Assembly: GCA_000004985.1 (NCBI GenBank)
Contig: GG738913.1
Reading direction: 5' to 3' (one strand)
Length of the DNA stretch: 64,000 nucleotides
Source of the DNA: Naegleria gruberi
Lineage: Eukaryota
Position 1 is the stretch's first letter, and each line of letters starts with the position of its first letter. A program made the translations under genes and the position numbers. Positions 42,282 through 54,960 of this stretch are shown here, one piece after another. The notes below the pieces were generated by a model. The model worked only from the letters and a program-made list of their open reading frames with translations. It did not search any database and was not told the DNA's origin.

Positions 42282-45200
42282 ATGGTCCTTTCATGTCAGT
42301 CATGCAAAACAACAATATTCACACATATTCTGTGTGGTTTATTGGTAGTTTACTTGGTGATGATGGTTGGAAGTGTGCAGGGTTTAGAAAATTTAAATAC
42401 GAAACTGGACGCAAGAAGCCGAATGAGCTCCGAAGGTCTTTCAAAGAGAGGATTGACAGGTATGGCACAAGCAATGGCAACGGATGTTTATATGAGGGCC
42501 TATGTGGATCCAATTAATGGTAATAATGATGTTTCGAATAATTGTAGTATGCAGAGTTCTCCCTGTGCTAGTCTAAAGATGGTTTTTAACATATTAGAAA
42601 GGATTCCGAATTATGTTGAAGATGGAAAAACAGCCTATCTAGCAATTTTCCTCATGAATAATATTGGACAAGCACAAATTAATGAAAATTGTGGAATTGT
42701 AGTTTCGAATGCTTTTCAAAAGAAGTTTCCAGAAATATTATTTTCCACAGATTCGACACTCTACTTGAGAAAGTTGAGTTGTGGCAGTAATCAAGGGTTT
42801 TTGAAAAGTAACAATGAAGTAATTCCATTCCTGATCCAATTTTTCTATATGGACCTTTCTAATATTGCAATTTCAGTACAAAACAACACTGAGGTTTGGA
42901 CTCTACTTTGTATCATTTCTGATTCATCATTCAAAAGTGAAAGAGTAACATTTGATACTTCTGAAATCTTTGGAATCAATTCAGTCGATTCGAATAATTT
43001 CATAATTGATGGAACAACTTTACGAAATGCAACTTTAAATTTTATTTGCATGGAAGCTAGTTTAACGATTAGATATAGTAACTTTATTGATTCGGCATTG
43101 ACATTGGATCCTCAACGATTATCCAGTACGAGAAGTATTACCATTTCGAGTTCACATTTTAAATATTCGAATCGTCCAAATTTGAAGAGTTTTCCAAGTT
43201 ATTTCATTACTAATAATAGATATCCATTTGAGAAGTTTATAATTAGGGACAGTACGTTTGAGGGAAGTGGAAGGGATTCGGATAATATTGGAGGAATTTC
43301 TATTCCTCATATTTATCCATTTATTTTGGATGTCGATGGATCAAACTTTAAGAAACTCTATTCGAAAGAAGGTGGAGCTCTTAATATTGCTGGTTATTCT
43401 ACAGTTATCATCAGTCGAACAGTATTTGATTCGAATAGAGCTTTATACATGGGTGGCTCTATTCGATTGAAAGGTTTAGCATCAAGAGCCAACTTTCTCC
43501 AATGCACCTTCCTAAACAATGAACAAATTGTACAAAATTATGCATCTTCCAGTAGTGAACTATCTTCCAATGCACTCTATGGAGGAGGTGCCATTTACTT
43601 TTCACAAGATTCGCCTTCTTCTATTCTATTTAACACTTGTGTCTTTAAGAATAATAGTGCAGGAGGTTTGGGTGGGGCTTTTTTGAGTTATTCTGGAAGA
43701 TCAGATGAGTTTATATTTGTGGAATCTGAAATTAATGGAAATAGGGCTGGATATTATGGTGGAGGAATTGCAGTTTTGGTCAACCCATCACTTTCCATTT
43801 ATGATGAATATGTTTCAATATTTGATGCCAAAAAAACAAAGATTTTGAGAAATGAAGCAACTATAGGAGGTGGATTATTCTTCAATACATTGGATACAAT
43901 TAGTTTGGATTCAGAATCGTCAATTTCCAACAATGTTGCCACCAAATATTCACCAGGAGTATTTTACAATAAGATTAATAAGTTGCAGAATTCTGCAGTG
44001 GTTGACAATAACTATATTAGAGATGGTTCATCAATTATTCAATCCCAAACTAATCAATATCCTTCAACAATATCTCTATTTCAGCAGGATCAAATTAGTG
44101 AACTTTCTAATGCTGAAATTATTCCTGGCTACACTCAAATATTTTATGCCAAGTTTAAGGATGCAAATGGAAACCTTGCAAATACTTCACTCCTATTCAA
44201 CATGCAAACCTATTGGAAACTCACACTAACTTCAATTGAGGGAACCATTATTATTGATGATTTGAATTTCAGTCCATCTGGAGACTTTCTCATGATTGAA
44301 TGCAAAACCTCCTTATTGAGAAGAGACATTAAGGGAGACAGATTTTCATTAAGTATGACAATGGACACAAAATCTGCTCTTCAGGCATTTTCTGACATGC
44401 AAGTTGTCAAATCTTTCAATATTTCTGTTGGATCATGCGGAGCCGCTGAATATATTGAAGTGAGAACAGCCAACGATGGAAATGACTATTATATTTGTTC
44501 AAACAGACCATCTATCATTGTTGGAGTTACGATTTCAGCATTGTTTGTGGGTTGCATTGTTTGTATTGTGTTGGTTATTTTCACTGTGAAATTCTGTTTC
44601 TTGTATAAGGACCAGAGAAGAAAGGCCAAGAAGGAAAAGGAATTGGAAATGAAATTAAGAGATTTTGAGTTGAATTATACTAAACTTGGCGACACTAATG
44701 CTTCTGCACTTTCTAGTCAATCTGCTTCTGGCATTGATTATTGGATGATTAAGGAAGAGGACATTGAAATTCAACAAAAGGTTGCAGAAGGCGCTCAGGG
44801 TAGTGTTTTTAAAGGAAAATGGTAAGTTTAGTTCTGTTTCTGCTTGTTTGTTAAATTTTGAAAAAGGAAAAACAAGACACAAGTTGCCATCAAAACATTC
44901 AAATTGACATTGGAGGAGGAGGCAGAGGCATCATTCCAACAAGAAGTAGGTTTACTGAGAGCTGTTCACCATGAAAATATTGTCACATTCTATGGAGTTG
45001 TGGTTTTGGAAACGACAAGATGTATGGTTACTGAATTTGTGCCAAACAACTCATTAGAATTTTGGATTACCAAAATGAAGAAGGGAGAAAAGAAGATTTC
45101 ATTCAAGGAAAAGTTGAAAATCTTGTTGGATATTGCAGCAGCCATGAGTTATTTGCATGAACTCAATCCTCCAATTATTCACAGGTAGGTTTATTGAAAT

Positions 45201-45828
45201 TTTGATTAGCAATATTTATTCGAAATTCAGAGATTTGAAACCTGGAAATGTATTACTTGACAATCAAATGAAAGCCAAAATTTGTGATTTGGGAGTTAGT
45301 AAAATTGTGGCCGACAACATGGTCGAGAAAACAAATCAAATTGGAACTTTCAATTTCATGGCCATCGAGACCTTTAATGGAACTGAGTATAATGAGAAGT
45401 GTGATGTTTTCAGTTATGCAATCATTTTGTGGCAATTGATTTTTGAGGAGAATGCAATTTATTCCAATGAATTATTGAAAAACAAACGAGTGAGCTATTT
45501 CATGACTGATCAGGATAGACAAGTTTATGAAAAGTTGACACCTCAAAATTTCAATAATTATTATATTGCCAAGTTGATTAGTGAAGGATTGAGATATCCA
45601 CTGCCTTCAATATCTAAAAGTTTGGAAGAGGAAAAGAAACTCTTTGTATGGGTTGAGGAATATATGAACCAGGAAGGAATTGATACTAGTAGACTCACTA
45701 TTCGAATCTTACCAATTTATTTCTCATTAATTGAGTCATGTTGGAGAGCAGATTACAATCAAAGACCAAGTTTTTCATTCATTGTAAAGAAACTCCAAGA
45801 AATGATTGAGTTGGCAGATAAAATTTAA
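42282..45828 (+). CDS. Receptor-like protein kinase: signal peptide, Pmp-type parallel beta-helix ectodomain, single TM, cytoplasmic TKL-like kinase (three exons)
   Basis: GGAI and FxxN repeats (FLNNEQI...GGGAIYF, FKNNSAGGLGGAFL, NGNRAGYYGGGIAV). TM IIVGVTISALFVGCIVCIVLVIF. Kinase motifs GAQGSVFKGKW, VAIK, HRDLKPGNVLLD and DLGVSK. Introns at 44823-44876 (GTAAGT, 54 nt) and 45185-45230 (GTAGGT, 46 nt). Stop is TAA. Confidence 0.8.
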
Positions 45829-46771
45829 ATCACTTCCATCACGTTTAGTTATTTTTAGATTCATTTCTCATTTGAAAAAAATGTGCAAACGATCAAGACA
45901 ATTATTCGATGAAGGTAGTGATGATAAAAAATCAAATGTTGAACCATTATTATTAGAATTGGAACATTTTTCGGATCAAAATTCCACCATCTTTATTGAT
46001 GATCATGTAGATGAAATTTTATCGTTTTTTGATGATTTTAAATTTATTGTTCTGAATTGTGCATTAGTTTCTAAACAGTGGTTGAGAGTCATATCGGAAA
46101 GAGTAAGATTTTCGCTCACTTGCAAAAGTAGCCAGAATTTGCAAGGTGAATTTTTGCAAAATATTCAAAATCTTAAAGTGAAAGAACACAAGGAAATAGT
46201 ATTCGATTGTCAAGTATTTAGTTTGATGAAATCATTGACTAGTCTTGATATTTCTTTTAATAACATTAGTTATCGATCTCATTATTTTAAAGAACTGAGA
46301 CAATTACCTAAATTGACTAATTTAAATATTAGTGGCAACAAGATTGAGGCTATTGGAGCCATGCAGATTAGTAAAATGAGGCAATTAACTTGCCTTAGTG
46401 TTTCTAATAATAATATTGGAAATGAAGGATTCAAATTCATTTGTGAAATGAAGCAATTAACCTATCTCGATGTTGGTAGAAATGATATTAATAGTAAAGG
46501 ACTCAATCATATCACTAACCTTGATAAGTTAAAAGATCTTCGTATTTATTACAATAGTGTTGGAGATGGAGCTAAATACATAAGTGAAATGAAACAATTG
46601 ACTAATCTTAATGTAAATACAGCTTGCATTAATGAAAAAGGTGCCAAGTTCATTAGTGAGCTGCCACTGGTCACTAATCTCAATATCAGTTTCAATGAAA
46701 TAGGCAATCAAGGACTCGAACACATTAGTAGAATGAAAACCGTATTAAATTGTATAAATAATTACAATTAA
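45806..46771 (+). CDS. F-box/LRR (ribonuclease-inhibitor-like leucine-rich repeat) protein; paralog of 58658..59515
   Basis: FIVLNCALVSKQWLRVISERV F-box-like. Repeated LTNLNISGNKIEAIGA, LTCLSVSNNNIGNEG and LTYLDVGRNDINSKG LRRs. The probable ATG is at about 45883. Stop is TAA. Confidence 0.6.
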   Translation: MSWQIKFKSLPSRLVIFRFISHLKKMCKRSRQLFDEGSDDKKSNVEPLLLELEHFSDQNSTIFIDDHVDEILSFFDDFKFIVLNCALVSKQWLRVISERVRFSLTCKSSQNLQGEFLQNIQNLKVKEHKEIVFDCQVFSLMKSLTSLDISFNNISYRSHYFKELRQLPKLTNLNISGNKIEAIGAMQISKMRQLTCLSVSNNNIGNEGFKFICEMKQLTYLDVGRNDINSKGLNHITNLDKLKDLRIYYNSVGDGAKYISEMKQLTNLNVNTACINEKGAKFISELPLVTNLNISFNEIGNQGLEHISRMKTVLNCINNYN

Positions 46772-46799
46772 TAATAATAATTACTAGTATTTAAAAATT

Positions 46800-48077
46800 T
46801 GTAAATTGTTTTAAAAAAAATAGCAAAATTTGATGATCAATTTTCTTTCCTCAAGATCGGAAAATAGTTTCTGTCAGTTTTTTGTGTAATTGGTTACTTC
46901 GGAAGAAACTAGACACTCCTACAATAGTTTGCTAGGAAGAGGCTCACCTAGTTGAATTAAAACCATTCCCGAAATGTGCTTTAATTCATCATTCGAAAGT
47001 GTTACTTCATTTATACGATTACTGCACATAAATTGGAACTTGCTTCTACTAAATTATTGGAAACTTCTATTCTTTCTCGACCTACATTTGAGAAATTGTG
47101 GAAAACAGCAAGTTAAAAGATGTGGTAGTATACTCACTTGTGGATGATTGACTTATGAAATCGAAGTTAAGTATTGATTCGGTCTGTATTGTAAAGATTT
47201 CGAATTGTGAAACAATCAACCTCCAAATTAAGGTCTTTCTATTTTAGCCACTTCATGCTCAATTTAAAAAAAAGCCTCACCATTACATCAATCATGCATA
47301 AGAGCATGATAATTGGGCCTATTAATATTTAATAATGAATACTAAATGTTAAATCGGGGTCCAATAGGAAGCAGTATATCAATGGGTCATTCATTGCCAT
47401 TTTCGCTCCCTCCTACATCATTGAAGAATTTATCAGTTTCCTTTAAGATTTGACAACAACCGCCTTATTGCCTCTTCCAAAGGAACTTATTTGCACTAAT
47501 GAAGAACTTAACAGTTTCCTTGGTCTTTCAGTGTTTAATATTATTCAAGTGGTGGCCCCATTCATCTAATCAGTCCTCTATTTTACCATCTATGTGAAAA
47601 AATGGAGGAGTAATATTTTTCGCCGTTTCTTTGATTTTGCCTCTGAGGAGACCTATTTTGTTGGCAACGAAAATGATCCTCTCAGAAGATTAAGTAGGGT
47701 GTGTTATTAAGGTTAGTTTGCTCACTCGCCTTAATGTGTTTGTCATTTAGTGAAATGCATCAATCATGAAGCGCGTCCATCCACAACGTCACATCTTCAT
47801 AGTGCCGAATTGGCTCTCAAGTTGAACTTGAAAAAAAGGCAACATTCACTCTCTCAAATAATTAGTTCGAAAATTTACAGATCATAACAAATTCATCAAA
47901 ATTGAAACAATTCAACGACAAAGCGTTTTCTTGTCGTTGAGACAGTGTGGAAACAAAAATCTATAGATCCGTTCACAACAAGTTGACACACAACACCAAG
48001 TCCTTAATTACAATCAACAAAAAGAACATCATCAATAGGAATATAGAAATATTTTATCAACAACCAAACAAAAAACA
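46800..48077. other. 1.28 kb ORF-free region, more GC-balanced than the surrounding AT-rich spacers, upstream of the cyclase gene
   Basis: No ORF of at least 60 aa in any frame. Composition is visibly less AT-rich than other intergenic spacers. It contains a 9-bp stem hairpin at 47913-47939. Confidence 0.4.
47913..47939 (+). promoter_or_regulatory. Perfect inverted repeat CAACGACAA-(9 nt loop)-TTGTCGTTG, about 140 nt upstream of the cyclase ATG
   Basis: Read directly: caacgacaa agcgttttc ttgtcgttg. Confidence 0.4.
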
Positions 48078-51000
48078 ATGACAGAATCACCACATGCATC
48101 ATTGAGTTCATTGGCTCGTCCAGTAACCTTCAATCTTGCTACTGCAACAGCAAACACTTCACACAGTGGCACTAATTTGAGGCCAGCCCTCAAGATTTAT
48201 TCTAATTATGAAACGACAGCATCTACTCATTCAGGAGATGATGAAGATGCAGTCTCTGCTCAACCAACATCTGTGGAGGAGGGTTCAACTGCTGATAAGA
48301 TCTCCTCTAATCAATTCACTGAGGAATACATTGTTCCATCACTTAAATCGATAAGAACACATCCATGGGATGATTTACCACATGTTTCGAGTTTATTAAT
48401 CTTTGGTATCATTCAACCAATACAATTTATTGCACTTTCTTTCATTCCCATTGATCAGTGGGGTTCCATCTCACGATATATCATAGATTATGGCATCAAG
48501 AGCATGTATACATTCGGGTTACACTTACTGCCCTACGAAGGATCAGCAGCCTTTCTCTTCATCTTTCTGCTTTTGGAAATGTTATGTGGAATAGCTCTTT
48601 ATTTGTCCAAAGAATCTATAGGCAAAGATGCCAAGCTTTGGAAATTAATGCCAAAGATATATACTTACATGACCTTTCTGTGCACTGTATTGTACCTCCC
48701 AATAACGAGTATTTATTCAACCTTCTGGTCATGTGATTATGTCCACGGAAAGAAGGAAGTTCAATCTGATATTACATCAACAATAACGACCAATTATTAT
48801 TTGAAAGTTTACCCAGATGTGGAGTGTTGGGATACTCCTAACCTTGTGTTTTCAATCTTTTCCATGATTGGACTGATTTTTCACATTGTGGCAATTCCAG
48901 TTTTGTTCACATTGACGGTGGCCAGTCCTTCCATTATTTTAGTTCCAACAAAGATAAGGACTGCATGGTGGCACAGAGTCATCAAGAAGGCATTCTTCAA
49001 TACACTGCGTCCTATTGTTCCTGTGGCTGTGTCCATAATGAGTGGATTTTATATTGTGTTTCAACAGATGGTACCCTCGTACACCGAGTTTTCATTCCTC
49101 TATCCAAGTGTAATGATAGCAATAGCCATAGCATCAGCTGGAATAATAATATACACGCTTCCTTATCATCGCCCTAAAGAAAACAGCTTTCAGTTCGCTG
49201 TAAACTTGGCAAAACTAGGGCCAAGTTCAGTAATGCTCATTTGTTCACTTCAAAATACAATTTCGGATGTCAATCACATCAGTGGAACGCTTTACCAATG
49301 GGAAGCTGGTTTAATTTATCTGGGAACTTCTCTAGCTTCTTGCCTTACTATTTTCCTGTTTGCCTTTTTTGGATGTCAAGCTTATCAGAAAATTTACATT
49401 GAAAAATTGGCAAAACAATTGAATGAGAAGATTTCGGAAAATTCTGGTGCCTTTTCGAATGATTTATTGGAAGATATTGGTGAAACTAATATGGGAAGAG
49501 TTGCACAATTCGCCTTAAATGTCGATGAGAAGGCAATTTCCAAAGTTGACATTGAACTGTTGGTAATTTCTAAAAAGATTATTACCGAAATGAAACGAAA
49601 CAAATTGACACCAACGGATACTTTCTTTGCAAGCTCACTTTCCTGCTTGGTTATTAAATTATTCAAGGAAAAGGATCCAAGATATGGAATCATGTATTCT
49701 TTACAATTACTTTCAGGTCAATTGAAAAGAAGAATCAATATTTGGGATCGTTTAGTTATTTCTTTACAAAAACATGAGAAAGATGTTTTGAAGAAACGTG
49801 AAGAAATCAAGCCAGGTTCAAGAAAAGCCGAAGAGATTGATAAGAAAATATCACAACTCTACAAGAAGCAAACTCAGCTTTCTAATTTGCATAGAAATTA
49901 TTGGAAACTTGTTTTGAATGAGAATAGCGATGATTCGAATGCCATTCTTCAAGTTTCTGATGAATTGTACATTTTGCAAAATGAAACTAGAAGCATGTTT
50001 GAAGAACTCTTCTCCCAACACTCAACCAGTGTCACAGTTTTAAGAAACTATTCACGTTTCGCTGAAAAATTCCTATTCCAACCTGAACTTGCAGAAGATT
50101 TACAAGCTGCTGTTTTGGAAGAGGAAGAAGAAAACAATAGAAAGAAGCAAGCATTCAAGGGTGGAAGAAGAGGAAGTAGAGCAGTACCTGGTTTCCAACA
50201 AGAAACCATTGATTTGAGTAAATTTGACGATTTGGACGAACTGCCAGAGGAAGCCGAATGTTTAGAAGAAGAGAATAGAAAACAAAAGGAAGGAAATAAG
50301 AATTTGATCAACAAGCATCCAGATTTCACATGGTTATTGATTGTTATTTTGATTATTCCATGCTATGTCATTTTGGGAATCACCGGAGGATTAATAGCAG
50401 AGATTATCCAAGGAACTTCCACAAAAGGAAGTTCTACCAAAGGTTTTGAATCCAAAGTTTGGATGTATTATGAATTATGTGATGCTGCAAATGTTCCTTT
50501 CTATGTCCTTGTAGACTATAGAGCTTTACAAAAGTTGAAACTCTTCTCTGGAAACACTGCATACATTACCAAATTAGAAAAAGATCACAAGGAGAGATTT
50601 TCCTCGTATAGTCAAAGAATGAAGAGTATGATGTTGGATTATTCATCAAGTACTGACAATTTAATCAGTGCTGTGGTCAAGGGCTATCAGCAAACCTACT
50701 ATGAAGTTTACATTCCAAAAGCAGTTTCTAATGCCTCATCATTTCAAGAAGGAACCAAGAAGAAAGTGACCTTATCCGAAATCTACTCCATGATGGCTGT
50801 TCAATTGGAAAATATCGTTCAACAAGATGATAGTATGAGTTTGAAAACAATTGAAAACTTTCCATTCATGTTCTTTTGGGAAAATCGAGAAATTATGCCA
50901 ACAATAATTTCCAATTTTTGTTCTACAATTATTGAAGATCACAGAAATTTGTTAATTGACCAATTGAGAGATTTCATTTTGGGTATGTCAATAGCCATGG

Positions 51001-53467
51001 CGAGCTTTATGATGGTAGCTTTTGGTATCTTTGGTGTCATTATTTACAAATTTAGAGATCGTCAACGTTTAATCAATTTATTCAAGAAATTGCCAAAGGA
51101 TGAAGTTGGACGAATCTATCAAGAATTGAAGGCTGGATGCTCCAACGATAAGCACTCACTTTCCAATGATAAGAAACAATTTATTCTCACTCGATTCTTA
51201 AGAAATCCAGTTTATGCCGTTCCATCTCTTCTCATGCTTTCATTTGCTATTGGCGGAATTGCCTTCTCTGTCTTTATTTACGATTCCACTAATAACATGA
51301 ATCTACAGTATAGTTCCATGTTGAAATTGAGAAATTCTGTTGATATCCAAGTTGATTACCATAAGGGTTTGTTCAATTTGGTCGAGTTGATTAGTGGAGA
51401 TAGTTCACTACCAACAAATAGTTCACTTGTTTATAATGAAGTGACGAATAGTATGAGAGGATTGGTAGATAACTTTTTAGTTTTCACAAGAGGAGATAGT
51501 CAGAAAGGTTACAACCCAATCAGAAGTTTCAGCACAGATATTGAAATACTCATGATTTCGAATACTTGTTCCAATAATTTTACTTCTATCAATAGAACTA
51601 TTGGATCAAATACTACTTCAACAACATTGCCAGCTTCATCTAAAACATGGAATTCTAACTTTACACTCTCTCAAAATTTGGATTTCTTCTCTTGTCTTTC
51701 GATTGAAGACCTAATGTCATATATTTTATCTGGAATGGAACAATTCAAGGAAGAATCTTTCAAGAATATTCGTACTTCAGGCTATTTTATTGAAACCTTC
51801 TTCAAGGATCATGTTTCCTTGAGTTTATCCTTCAGAGCAAAGGTCGACAAGGTTTTACTCGTTCTAGTATCTGTCATTGATAACATTGTGTCAATTACTC
51901 CAAGTTTGACAGCTTGTTTAATGATTGTTGTCTTGTGTATGCTCATTAATTACATTGTATTTACTTCATGGAAGGTCTACACATCTGAAATGACCCAACT
52001 TCGTCACATGTTTCATTTCATTTCTTGGGAAACAATCGAAAGCAACGAAATCTTCCTAAACTATATAATGAACTATGAATTAGTCAGAAAAAAGAAAGGT
52101 TCAAGAATTCATCCTGGAGATGAAGGTGCAGATAGTGATAGTACCACCATGCTTAAGAAAGTTTTGGATAGTTGTGTTGATGGAGCTGTTATTTTCAATC
52201 AGGAAGGAATTGTGGAAAATATTAATCAAGTTGCCTTGTCAATGTTTGGAATTAGATCTCAATCTGATGTTGTAGGAACTGAATTTTATGGACTTTTCCA
52301 ATCTAAAGATGTCATTGCCAAGACAATTAGTGACATTTCCAAGTCAGCTAATTCTCATGGTGAAATTCTTGAAGTTGAAGCTAAAAGATCTCAAAATATG
52401 CTCAATTCCAAGACATTCCCTGTAAGACTGAATTTATGTGTTGCATTTTCTGGTGGAAAGAGCAAAAAGGTCACATTTGCTGGTATTTTAAGTGATGTAA
52501 CATCAGAGAAGAAATCTCTTGAATTGCTAAATGTGGAAAAGAAAAAGTCAGAAGACCTGTTGAAGAGTATCTTCCCAGAAGCTGTTGCTGCTCGTTTAAA
52601 GAAAGGAGATACCTTCATTGCTGAGAAGTTTGATGATATTACTTGTTTCTTCTCAGATATGGTTGGTTTTACCAAAATGAGTAGCACTTTGCAACCAACT
52701 GAACTAGTAGAAATGTTGAACGATTTAGTGAATGGTTTTGATGAAGTGTGTACAAAGTATAATTTGGAAAAGATTAAGACTATTGGTGATGCTTATTTTG
52801 CAGCTGGGTAGGTTTTCTTCTTTTTGGAATATTTAAATTATTTATTTAACAATTAAATAGTGGATTGCATGGTCAACAGAGTGATCACCCTGAAAGAGTT
52901 TTAAGATTTTCAATTGATGTTTTTGGACTATTGCACAGATATAATATTACCAGAAATAGAAGTGTTGACAATTCTATTAATTTGCGAATTGGTATAAATA
53001 CTGGAAGTGTTGTCGGTGGTGTTATTGGTAAAAAGAAATTTGCCTACGTGAGTTTTCAATTTTTTTCAATGTTTATTTACAATAATGTTAATTATTTTAA
53101 TTTAATATTAAACAAATAGGATTTATGGGGAGATGCAGTCAATACAGCCTCAAGAATGGAATCAACTTCATTCCCAGGTCGTATTCAAGTTTCCAGAACA
53201 ACTTACGAAAGAATTCACGATCTAGTTCTTTACGATTTGGATCAAAGATTAAATCCTAATGGAAAGGGAATTATGGTGGAATTTGAGGAGAAACGAGTTG
53301 AAGTGAAAGGAAAGGGATTGATGCAAACCTATGTTCTTTTGGAAAAGTTCCATGAAAGAGCATTGTTTGAACATTTGGCAATGCATATTGATCATTCTCA
53401 AGACTCAGCATTGGTTCCATCTGTTGCACTTTCTAACCAATCATTATCAGATAAACATTCAGATTAG
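48078..53467 (+). CDS. Membrane nucleotidyl cyclase: about 12 TM N-terminal domain, PAS domain and a single class III cyclase catalytic domain (three exons)
   Basis: Multiple hydrophobic helices. PAS-like LKKVLDSCVDGAVIFNQEGIVENINQVALSMFGIRS. Cyclase core FPEAVAARLKKGDTF...FSDMVGFTKMSS...IKTIGDAYFAAG | LHGQQSDHPERVLRF...RIGINTGSVVGGVIGKKKFAY | DLWGDAVNTASRMESTSFPGRIQVS. Introns at 52808-52860 (GTAGGT, 53 nt) and 53048-53119 (GTGAGT, 72 nt). Stop is TAG. Confidence 0.85.
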
Positions 53468-53479
53468 GGAATTTATTGA

Positions 53480-54469
53480 TTAGGCAAAATGTCTGGATAC
53501 TTGTTCGAGAATAACCTTGATATTTTGGATAGTGTCTTTTTGTAATTGAAGAACTTGTTCAATAAATTCGTTAGAGTGGTTAGAATTCATTTCTGGAAGT
53601 GGAATTTGATCTAGATCTAAAATGATAAGTTCTAATTGAGATTGTGCATGGTCCAATATTCTAGAATCTGTGCTCAAAATACATTGATCCTTGAGATAGG
53701 TCTTGATACACTTGATGATTCTAATGACTATTTGCAAGTAGTGTTTGAGAAGAATTCGTTTTGGTACTGAACTTCTTGGTTGTTTTGGAAAATCAAATTC
53801 CATTGTAGTATGCTGAAAATGGAATGAAATATCGGTCAATGGATGAGAAGCTTCATCTTGAGCTGCCTTACATGGATTAGTGTAAACATTTCCATTAAAG
53901 GAAAATAATGGCTTGATCCATTTGTCAGAACCTGTTGATGTACATTCTTTGGATTGAAGGATTTTGTCATTATCGGATTGGAAATTAATATATGTTTCCT
54001 TTGCCAATTTATCAATTCTATTCATCACCAAATTCAAAACTGTCTTTCCAGTTGGAAATTCCAATTCAGCTTTCATTTCGAATACTTGCAGCAAGTGCAA
54101 TACCACATCTCTGGCATATTTGAACATACATTCTTTGAATTGTGTACATAAACCATACTCTTCTGTTTGTTTCTTAAAGAAGAGTGATGAAACTTTTTGT
54201 AAAATCAATTCTTGACAATCAATCTTGTCATTATTCGTTGAAAGTCTACTAGGAATTGGTTGCTTACTAATCAGAATCTTCTTCAACTCCTCTGGATCAT
54301 CCACCACTTGATTATTATATACAATCTTTCCATTGTAATATGGATCTTCCTCATCTACAACAGCATGAAACGAAAGTCCACCCAATTCAAACTGAGCACA
54401 AACAACAGTCAATAAAACTGCCACCACCACGACCACTATCAATAGTGATACTTGTATTGTTTTTTTCAT
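53480..54469 (-). CDS. Secreted or type II membrane hypothetical protein
   Basis: ATG at about 54469 after an A-rich leader. N-terminal MKKTIQVSLLIVVVVVAVLLTVVCA. The TAA stop lies 12 bp from the cyclase TAG on the opposite strand. Confidence 0.5.
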   Translation of the reverse strand: MKKTIQVSLLIVVVVVAVLLTVVCAQFELGGLSFHAVVDEEDPYYNGKIVYNNQVVDDPEELKKILISKQPIPSRLSTNNDKIDCQELILQKVSSLFFKKQTEEYGLCTQFKECMFKYARDVVLHLLQVFEMKAELEFPTGKTVLNLVMNRIDKLAKETYINFQSDNDKILQSKECTSTGSDKWIKPLFSFNGNVYTNPCKAAQDEASHPLTDISFHFQHTTMEFDFPKQPRSSVPKRILLKHYLQIVIRIIKCIKTYLKDQCILSTDSRILDHAQSQLELIILDLDQIPLPEMNSNHSNEFIEQVLQLQKDTIQNIKVILEQVSRHFA

Positions 54470-54960
54470 TCTTGTATGTTGAAGGCTTTTAAATCCAAGC
54501 TCCAAATTAATAGCACTTCCTTCATCACGTTTCTTTCCAAATTAATATCAAAGAAATATATTGTGGATTATTTTAGGATGGTCAGATTCAGGTGTGTGGA
54601 ACACGTTTTTCTATTGTTCTACTTCTTCTTCATAATTCAACACGTAGGAAAGGAAGCCTTCCTTGCTGAACGATTTTGTTACTAATTAACTATCGAAAAT
54701 CCATTATAATTACTCTATAGGTGCTTCAGTTCTAATTCACGTTTTATACAGTCAGAGTAGGATGATAAGAAAAAGTTTATGATGATGAAATTCCTTCCAT
54801 GATGAGAATCAAGCTAATTTTTTCTAATTATCAAACTTCTGTTGGCGGTAACAAAACTAGCCGTTACAAGAATTAAATTCAAAAAAAAGCAAATTAAAAA
54901 AAAATCAAAACTTCTTTCTCAAATTTTTATTTATCTTCTTATGATGAAATCGACGACGAA

